The notes under the pieces are model-generated. The model was not told the origin of the DNA. It worked only from the letters and a program-made list of their open reading frames with translations, and did not search any database. A program made the position numbers and the translations under genes. DNA of 58,415 bases, filler included, from Sphacelaria rigidula (Eukaryota), in assembly GCA_964200075.2 (NCBI GenBank). It is 5 parts of 5 records of this genome, joined end to end, with 100 filler letters (N's around TTAATTAATTAA, not from the genome) between each part and the next. Parts side by side here need not be neighbours in the genome. Positions count along the whole stretch, not along the records: positions 46,814 to 58,415 come from CAXNAA020004724.1; 4 more parts are not named here. One strand, given 5' to 3'. Positions 50,301-58,415 of this stretch are shown here, piece after piece (within the stretch, counting starts at the first letter, position 1; every line of letters starts with the position of its first letter).

Positions 50301-53300
50301 GGATTCTTGAAGTGGGTTCCGTCATCCGTGTACTCCTCGTATATTTTCCAATCTGATGACGGCGACGATAATGACCACGGCTATTTATACACTCGCAGCG
50401 GTGACAGAGGAGCCTTATCCTTATGGAACAGCACCGAGGACTCGTTTCACACAGCCCTAGCTGAGTTCTTGGCGGAGCCAGGTAACGGAAGGCGAGCAAA
50501 ACACGGAGCAGACGTTGGTTATTCGTTGTATGGAAACGCACTCACCGAACAGCGCTTGAAAAATATATACCGCATGTACTGCCGCCGCGCCCTAGTGCTT
50601 TGAATTGAAGTTGTACAATTGAAAGCTGTTTGAGCGGAAGAATGCAGGTAGTTCGATTCCCCGTAGACGCGTTTGTTTTTGGGTCTTTTTTTCTGAGAAA
50701 GGATATAATGTCCGTCGTTCGAAATCATGAGGACGTGAGTACCGAAGACAGTGTATCTGGCAAGAGTGGACGGGATGCCGCAGTGCTGATTCAGCCCGCG
50801 ATACCGATATGTAAGACGTGTATCGGGGGAGAGATGGGTTAATCCCTTGAGACCACAGACTCCTCCCGCGGAAGGAGGGACATTGGAAGTGCGATGAAAT
50901 ATATATATATATATATGTCATTGCCATATTAGCATTCGTGCGACCTCGTGTCTGGAGCCCAGAACGAGGCCTGTCGGGGATTTCTCCGAGACGTTAATTG
51001 TTTCATACTGGCGTCTATGTCGTCCTACTCCGCTGTATACTCCTTCTTCTGTGCTTTTTCTACTTGAATTTCCTGTCTCGATCCGTCGTTATCTCGTCAC
51101 ACCTTTAGTCCCCTCTCTTCCCCTGGACGAGAGTCCGTTTTCTTAAGGGATGGACCCATCTATCCCTATTCCCTGATGAGTGTTTTCTTTGTCTCGGGTG
51201 CGTCTGATCTGCGACTGCGGCTGGATTGTAGCAGATTTGTTAATATGAAGCGGTTAAAAAGAAAGTACAAATGTCAACCAAGTTGAAAAGTCATCCTCCA
51301 GTGGCGATACGCGGAATTAATATGGACTTCAGCCCCCTTGACTGTAGTTGGACCAGTTTCGACTCGCGAAAGTTGATGATTTCGCCAGCGTCGACTCTTG
51401 TATTGGAATCATGAGGAGGATATAACACGATTTGCGCCGTACAAAAAAGAAACGGACCAGCGCACCCTGTCCGGCGGAAATACAGAACGGCACTAGCTTG
51501 TCCCTTCCGGCGGGGTTACCGAATACAAAACGGCGGGCAGTCGACATCGCTGCCTGACGTCGCCACCCATAAGACGACGTTTATGATGCGACCGCTTGCG
51601 TATTTTCCTGGTAGCTCTGACAACACTGTTGACAGAATGGTATTTCTTGCCCACTTCGTCGAAAAATCTCGTGTATCGTCGGAAGCCCCCCATCACGTTT
51701 CTTGATGCTGCGTCACGTGGATATGTTGGTCAGGTTCAGCGAAGACCTTTCATTTCACGATGGCCGAACAGTGGCAAGTCGGGTGCGGGTTAGACACCTT
51801 GATTTTACCGGTGCTAACGCGGTGAGTGCTATTCAGCAGTTCCGACTTGGTTTCATCGCATGTGAACCGAATGGTTTCACACTGTTGATAAGCCGTGAAA
51901 CGAGTACGTTCTGCGCTGCTACTTTCGACGTGCAATGTCCCGTCATCAGCGATTGGCAGCATCTCATCGGTCTCGGTAAACGCATTCCGTTTCGCGCCGT
52001 CAAGGATCGTTTGTGTTATGCATGGCGTGCGGAAAAAAGGTCGCGACCAGGGATGCAGCAACGAGCGCCGTAACGAGAGTTGGCATGGGTGCTGACGCGT
52101 TCATTTTCGCCAAGTAAGCACAGCTCTAAGGAACTCAGTTAGCAAGGCTGTCATGTTGAATTAGCAATCCCCATACACTTTTAGCAGCTGCCAGAGTGGT
52201 AGTACCGGTATTTCAAGTACTTTACCGATGGGCACAAATAAAGTGCCCTATTTAGTTCGGCAAACTGCAAGTAGTGCTATGGGTGTCAGCAGCCACGTAT
52301 TCAGCGGCACGGCGCCAACAGCTCCTTTGTTACGACGGCATTTGAATGCCAGTAATTCTTGTGCTGACCACGTGTTGACAACGCCTGTAGCATCTGCGCG
52401 GAGCTGCCTTCAATACCATTTTTTTCGATCGTAAACCACATGGCTATTTTGCCTTCCCCCTTCCCCTTCCCTGCAACGAATGTTCAGAGAGTATGCTTAT
52501 GCTGAGCACTACACGTTCGCTGCATGGGATGCGACGTCAATAGTCGTAACAACGGTCATCACCGCGGTCGTGGTGGGGTATTTATTTCTGGGCAAGCATG
52601 CACTGGTTGGTGCCTTCGTCGCCACGGTAAGTACACGCGCGGGTTCACTTGCTGGCACTCTCAAGATTCGGCAGCCGAACGTTAAAAAGTGACAAAAGTG
52701 CCGGGCGTAGTCGTAGACGAACCCAGCCTTTTGTGGTGAGCGTGCTTACTTTCAACGGAAAAAAAAATAGATAATCGACAGGGAAAGCTGGATACAGTAC
52801 CTCAACAATATCCACCTGACCAAGGCTTACAACCCACAAGCGAGTGGTGCTGCGGAAGGGGTGCAGCAGTATTTTCTAGGGGTTTGAAACGTCGGGAGCC
52901 CTCTATTTCATCCCAAAAACTACTTACGGAGTATGTGAGAGGACACTACGGTTAGCATTCCAATGGGCTGGGGATATCCCCAGTGAATTTGCAAACGCGA
53001 ATGTCTTAAACCATTTTCTTGTGATGTCGATAACTTCAGGAGCCCTTGAGCAAGAAATGTCTGAGCTAATGCGTGCAACCCCTACGGTAGCATGACCCAC
53101 GCGTTTTTTCCAAACCTGATCAGTTCGCCTGCAGTGGCTATGGGCGAAAATGTATCAAGCACAAGTCAAGAGTCAATGAATAGTCATTCATGTAACATAA
53201 TGCCTACTACTATCATTTGTTTTTAGACAATGCCCCCCCCCCCTCCCTCCCCCTATTACGGTGAGACGCCCATGAGGCAGTGTGTAAACCGTGGTTGTCT

Positions 53301-54172
53301 CTGGAAGTGGCGATACAGAAAATTAAGCGACTCGTTCTTTGGAGGTTGCGATCCAAACGCAAGATAACCAGTACGCTCCGGACCGAACAATCTTAGCACC
53401 ATGTAGCTCACCGTTCACGTGACTCGCAGAACACACCACGGCGCTTCGCGCTTTTGATTGCTTGGTTTGTTCCATCCCGGCTTTGTAGAAATGCAAGGTC
53501 AATGGTCAGACGACAATGACACGCAACATCATGACTACGCCCGCCCCCCCCCCCCCCCCCGCTTCTCGCGCTTTGCGGTGCGCGGCATTTTCAAACGAAC
53601 TCAGGCTTTGGCCGTACAAGTGGACGTTCTTGCGGCTATTTTGCTGGTCGGTGACGGTAAACTCAACGTTTACTCCGTCACACCATCGCTGTTAGTCGTC
53701 TCTGCACTTGGGACGACCTGGACCGGCACCTTGCTGCGATCTTTCGTAAGGCAGGCAAGCAAGGCTTAGTCACGACGCCGTAGCCGTGAGCGCGAGCATA
53801 CGTACACCATTAAGCAGCGGCAAGATGCCGAATCGGGTATTGTTGGGTGAATAGCGCGAACAGGTGCACGTCTCATCATTGAGTAACTGAGGACACCGGG
53901 GATGAATACCCGTTATGACTGCCTATTTACCAAAGATATAGAGCGCACAGGGCGTGAAAAGGAACTTGGGTCTTGCATGGCGTCGACGAAGAACGCATTG
54001 TCATACAACTCGATCGTGATCTGCGATAGAGCCAGTAGGAGCAAATAAAGATGCAGCGAGAATACCTGCGGCCGAAGAACACACTTCGTAACAAGAGCTC
54101 GGTGGAGCTGCAGGGGTAGACACTAGCATTTACACTCCTCAGGGCGGAAATCAATAGCTATATAATATATAT

Positions 54173-54203
<31 letters not shown>

Positions 54204-54913
54204 GTGGGCGAGAAAACGGGTCGGTGCCTTGCCAGGGTGTGATGTAAAACTGTTTTTCGTTATAATGACCATGATACACCGCAGGAGTCGGAGCGATCGT
54301 TCGAGATCAACCTACGCATATCTATCGCTGAGACGGCGAGGCCACTATGTGCCACGGCTGTTGTCGTAGCTCTGGGGACTCTACCACTGCTCTGCGCCGG
54401 AGGTACTGTACTTGATCGAAAGCGGTCGTGGATGCTGCTTAGAATATCCCCGAGAAGCAAGGGCTTTGGTTCACGTAGGTGTCATGCATGGTTCAAAGCC
54501 TTTCAACTCAAACGCTCAAGAGCGACGCACTTCTCAGTATCTTGCCAGACAGGAACGGTAGTCGTCGTCATCCGACTCTGATCACCAATCGTGCTTGAAT
54601 ACTTTACGCTGGGTTTCGGTGGCAGGCGCAGGTCTATGCTTGAGTCGTGTCACGCTGAGTCTGTTGCCGTCTAGAGCGGAACCGCGTCTAGCAAACCGCA
54701 ACATGCTTCCGTCGCGCCCGTCCTTGAGTGTGGCAGGGGACTGGGGTGGAGAAAGTATCGGCTACGGCACCAACTTTGTTCGCGACTCAGCGAGAGTGGT
54801 GCTATGGGCAGTGCCACTGGCTGTTGCGCATGCCCTCTTGCTTGCGCCAGCCCTGCTACTAGTATTCGGGGAGGAAGCGTCAATGGGCATAAGGAATATG
54901 CCGAAAATGCATG
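47305..54913 (+). CDS. Patched/NPC1-family (RND, sterol-sensing-domain) membrane protein, C-terminal part; exons about 47305-47389, 47637-48434, 48890-49005, 49526-49687, 50130-50491, 51734-51821, 52040-52113, 52488-52626, 53605-53745, 54285-54402, 54737-54913
   Basis: Family-like motifs in the expected order: VLYLDEKRRDFGRFDLACC (after TM6), TM7, SSYLRDY, SWLRGFLKW, FHTALAEFL, DLSF..VASR..H, AFIFAKEYAYAEHY, TM8-9 with KLNVYSV, and TM12 AVAHALLLAPALLLVFG. Splice phases are consistent if one GC donor and one weak AAG acceptor (52039) are accepted. Confidence 0.82.
50755..50917 (+). repeat. Retroposon-like 3' end with (AT)n tail, in an intron
   Basis: Its 3' half matches 11706-11789. Confidence 0.65.
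53373..53510 (+). repeat. Dispersed repeat (partner at 11325-11490)
   Basis: Shares the blocks listed for 11325-11490. Confidence 0.6.
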
Positions 54914-55112
54914 GTGAGCGACAGTCCGTGCGCTCATTGGCGACATCACGTGAACCGTGGTTTTGCATCATTTGCCCTATAGATTCGGTGTCTCACACCA
55001 GGGCACCTCAGGTAGAAACGCGAAATGCTATCGAAAGTCTTTTGGCATGGAGCATCTTTTTGCTGCGCAATTGGTGCCCTCGCTGTTTGAGATCTCCGTC
55101 GCGGCGTGGCCA

Positions 55113-55454
55113 CATCACGCGCGGCCATTTGGCTACCCCCAAAAGTCCCTCCACCCAAAAGTTGATCCCTCTAGAGGGAGAAGAGGCTCTAGAGGCGTAT
55201 AATCCCCCTGGACTCTGAATGGTAAACCCTTCCACGGGGATTAAACACCGCTAGAAGAATAGTCGACACAAAGTCACCCTAGAGGGAGGGAGATGGAACC
55301 TCTCCTGGAGGGGTAATGTGCACTTTGGAGGGTCCAACACAATATGAATTTCCTCTAGAGGTTACTAATTCCTCCAGCGGTGATTACTACCTCTGGAGGG
55401 GATAATTCTCGTATGGAGGGATTTGGGGGGGGAGCCAAAAGGCCGCTTGAGATG
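55113..55454. mobile_element. MITE/foldback element related to 8668-9021
   Basis: TIRs of about 40 bp: CATCACGCGCGGCCATTTGGCTACCCCCAAAAGTCCCTCC and GGAGGGATTTGGGGGGGAGCCAAAAGGCCGCTTGAGATG; internal CTCTAGAG/CTCTGGAG motifs. Confidence 0.75.
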
Positions 55455-55842
55455 GCAACGTATCGAGTGAAGATATCCACCACAACCCTCCAGACGGCGA
55501 CAATGACACTCACCGATAGTGACGTCAGGCGCAGAGAGATGTGGCGCGACAAAAGTAATCAGTGATTGGTGCTGCACAAATGTGCAGCCTTCCGACGAGC
55601 CACCTCACATGAAACTCGGCGAACTATCGGGGGAGCCGGTCTTCAGACAGGTGCGCAGTGTTTCTCCGAGCGCTGGGGGAAACCAGTGCCCTACACCTGC
55701 ACAGTGTCGCGGTGATGACTTCTCTCTGCTCTCTCTTTCACCGTGGAAGCCCCGCGCATGGCATCCATAATCTATTATATCCCCCATGGCGGGAAGTGCA
55801 CCTCGTTCCCGTATGGCTACACCTGTACCTGTTGATTTTTTT

Positions 55843-55918
55843 TTGATTGATTGTCGCACTTTAACTGACCTCTCAGGGGTCCAGGCGTGGTCTCATGATA
55901 GACGTACCCAAAAAAAGA
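55843..55918 (+). repeat. Dispersed repeat, copy 2 (see 316-400)
   Basis: Direct match to 316-400. Confidence 0.7.
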
Positions 55919-56082
55919 ACTGTACCTGCGATGTGGATATCCTAGATGGACGTCTCTCTGGGGCATTACGTCAAAGATGAGTATCCATCTGGGACATGGA
56001 CGTCCATTCCGAACATCGATCGCTGGGATATCCTACACATCTCCCTCTGGAGTGGTTCTGCGGCAGGGGTGCACGCTTTAAA

Positions 56083-56662
56083 GGTTGTGTTCTGTAGGGT
56101 ACGGGTATATACTGTACGGTATGAGATTCCTCACAGAACTTACAGAAATATCGGGTACCGGGATGAAAGTCTTGCAGAAATTACAAAACTGTCGGGTACC
56201 GGTTTGAAAATCCTACAGGAATTACAGAACTTGTCGGGTAGGGTATGGGAGGCTTGCAGAAAAACCGTACCGGCAATCGGTTACTTCTTCAAGATCATAC
56301 CCGCGCTCCGGGTACGAGTAGACATTCCGTACAGCACTCACAAAATTGTCCGGTACAGGTATGTGAGGATTTCAGAAACTCACAGAAACTGTCGGGTAGG
56401 GTATGGAGGTTACACAGGAACCCGTACCCACAACCAGGTATCTTGTCAAGAGCATACCCGTGCCCCCCGGTAACGGTACGGGAGGCTTGCAAAACTCACA
56501 GATCTACCCGGTAAGAGTATGAAAAAAGTCGTATAGATATTACAGAACTGTCGGGTGCCGGTATGGCAGTCTTACAGAAGTCAAAGGGGTATTCTGTAGG
56601 TACGGTAAATACCCGGGAAAATACCCCTGGTTTACATAAAACCGTGCCCTACAGAACACGAC
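56083..56662. mobile_element. MITE with GTTGTGTTCTGTAGGG(T/C)ACGG TIRs and internal ~35-bp ACAGAACT..GTCGGGTA subrepeats
   Basis: Termini GGTTGTGTTCTGTAGGGTACGG and CCGTGCCCTACAGAACACGAC; tandem subrepeats inside. Confidence 0.8.
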
Positions 56663-57334
56663 GTTGGTATAATCATCACCCCTGTGGTGGGACTTACGTC
56701 GCTAGAGTGGTGAACTACAGATGATAGTTCACGAAAAATCTGAACGGCTTCACGGGGTTGATGGAGAAAGACTACACGAACACTCGCAGTAGTACATGTG
56801 CACGGGATCGTCGACATCAATCGGCTTCATATACACCCCCAGAGAGTACATAGAGGAGCGTTCACGGCTGCCTGCTCTCTGGAAGCCCTTCTGCACGACA
56901 CAATCGTCGACGGCCTTGACTTCCGGTGGCAGCTCATACTCTTTGCTGCGCATGTCGATAACGACCTGGGGCTTGATGACCACGACAGACCCATCAATGT
57001 CGATGACGTGGGTCTTGCTACTTGATCCCCCGGTGGTGCAGATGAACCGCCCCCGCTCGAGTCACCACTCGAGTCTGGGGTGATCTATCCTGACGGTCTG
57101 CAGCAGTGCTGCTCAAGTTTCGTGTTTACACTCGGCGGCACCTAGTACCCCGTCAGATTCCAAGTTGAAGGACTTCCCAACATTGAATTTTTGCTGGTAC
57201 GCAGTGTTGAATAAAGCAGTAGTGTGGAATGGTCGATGGGAGGTACATGTTCAGGTCATCATGAGGTTGTGCTTCGATTGAATCTATATACATACCTCCG
57301 GAAGGTTTATACCTGTGCTCGTATCTATAACGGT

Positions 57335-57802
57335 ATACCCTGCCCTCGGGTAGGGGTATAGGAGGCTTACAGACCTTACAGAACTTGTCCGGTACGGTAC
57401 GGGAGGCTTGCAGAAAACGCGTGGCGGTAATCGGGCACTTCTTCAACAGCATACCCGCGCTCCGGTTACGGGTAAACGTTCTGTACAGAGCTAACAGAAC
57501 TGTCGGGTTAGGGTATGGGAAGCGTACAGAACTCACAGAAACTGTCGGGTAGGGAGGTTGCACCGAAAACCTTACGAGCAACCGGGTATCTTGTCAAGGT
57601 CGTACCCGTGCCCCCTGGTAACGGTATGGGAGGTTCACAGAACTCACAGAGCTATCGGGTGAGGGTATGAAAGTCTTACAGGGATTACAGAACTGTCAGG
57701 TACCGGCATGAAAGTCTTACAGAAGCCACAGAACTGTCGGGTACGGTAAACACCCGGGAAAATACCCCGGGTATACAGAAAACCGTACCCTACATAACAC
57801 AT
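57335..57802. mobile_element. Second, left-truncated copy of the 56083-56662 MITE
   Basis: Colinear internal blocks (CTTCTTCAA.A.CATACCCGCGCTCCGG, GGTATCTTGTCAAG..C.TACCCGTGCCCCC) and right TIR CCGTACCCTACATAACAC. Confidence 0.78.
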
Positions 57803-58288
57803 CCTTGCACATGTTGTTTCTGAGGCCCTGCACTTTAGGGGCCTCTCGACGACATTCATCTGGGCCTTAGTGTGCAGCCTCAGAAAACATTTGGAGTAAA
57901 GAGCACACCTCCATCGTAGAATCATTCTCTGTGATGTGGATATCCCTCAGAGATGTGGGCATCTAGCTGGGATATGGACGTCCCACACGGATGTCCACAT
58001 CTCAGATGGATTTCGTTTCCCAGATTGATTTCCCAGATTGGCTCCCCAGATGGGTGGGCATTGAGGGGTCATCCTACGATAGGGGAGGGGTATTTTGGGC
58101 CACTTCTTGCACGAAATGCCAGGTCAAATCATCCTTGAAAGGGGCAACGGTTGCTCGAACGAGCTTGTTATAGATATGTAACGCTCGTTCATACCGATTG
58201 ACAGCGTTTTGAAATAAAGACAAGCGCACTGTGAGTGTGGCAGGTCGTCTGACACACTTTTAGCATATATTTTTTCATGCAATCAAAT

Positions 58289-58338
<50 letters not shown>

Positions 58339-58415
58339 TTTCTTCGGCGGGGGGCGGGGGCGGGGGCCGAAGCCACCCCACACCACAAAAAAACAACAAA
58401 AACAAACAAAAACAA

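Noticed and set aside
24587-54913. Functional cluster of beta-propeller, PAPS transporter and Patched-like genes
   Set aside because: The genes lie on different contigs joined artificially.
56110-57760. CRISPR-like regularly spaced repeats
   Set aside because: Units are degenerate, the intervening sequences are also related, they lie inside TIR-bounded elements, and there are no cas genes in this eukaryotic context.
58290-58337. Poly-C run (also 46814-46846) as a G-quadruplex or regulatory element
   Set aside because: Located at or near contig ends, where homopolymer length is unreliable and may be a sequencing artefact.

Overview
Eukaryotic, intron-rich, repeat-rich genomic DNA, most consistent with a brown alga or related stramenopile (inference from gene structure and splice signals). 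The window is not contiguous: five length-sorted contigs (11605, 11603, 11603, 11602 and 11602 bp) are joined by artificial 100-nt N44-TTAATTAATTAA-N44 linkers. Contig 1 holds part of a large, mostly disordered multi-exon gene. Contig 2 holds weakly supported exons of two possibly divergent genes plus nested MITEs. Contig 3 holds four symmetric phase-0 exons, each encoding one ~56-aa beta-propeller-like (SBBP-type) repeat, with a SINE, a Stowaway-like MITE and a decayed LINE in one intron. Contig 4 holds a 5'-incomplete SLC35B3/PAPST2-like transporter gene. Contig 5 holds the C-terminal part of a divergent Patched/NPC1-family RND gene, probably with a GC-AG intron. A tRNA-derived SINE family, several MITE families (Harbinger-, Stowaway- and piggyBac-type) and retroposon 3' ends are dispersed throughout. 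The most intriguing signal is the one-repeat-per-exon beta-propeller gene.
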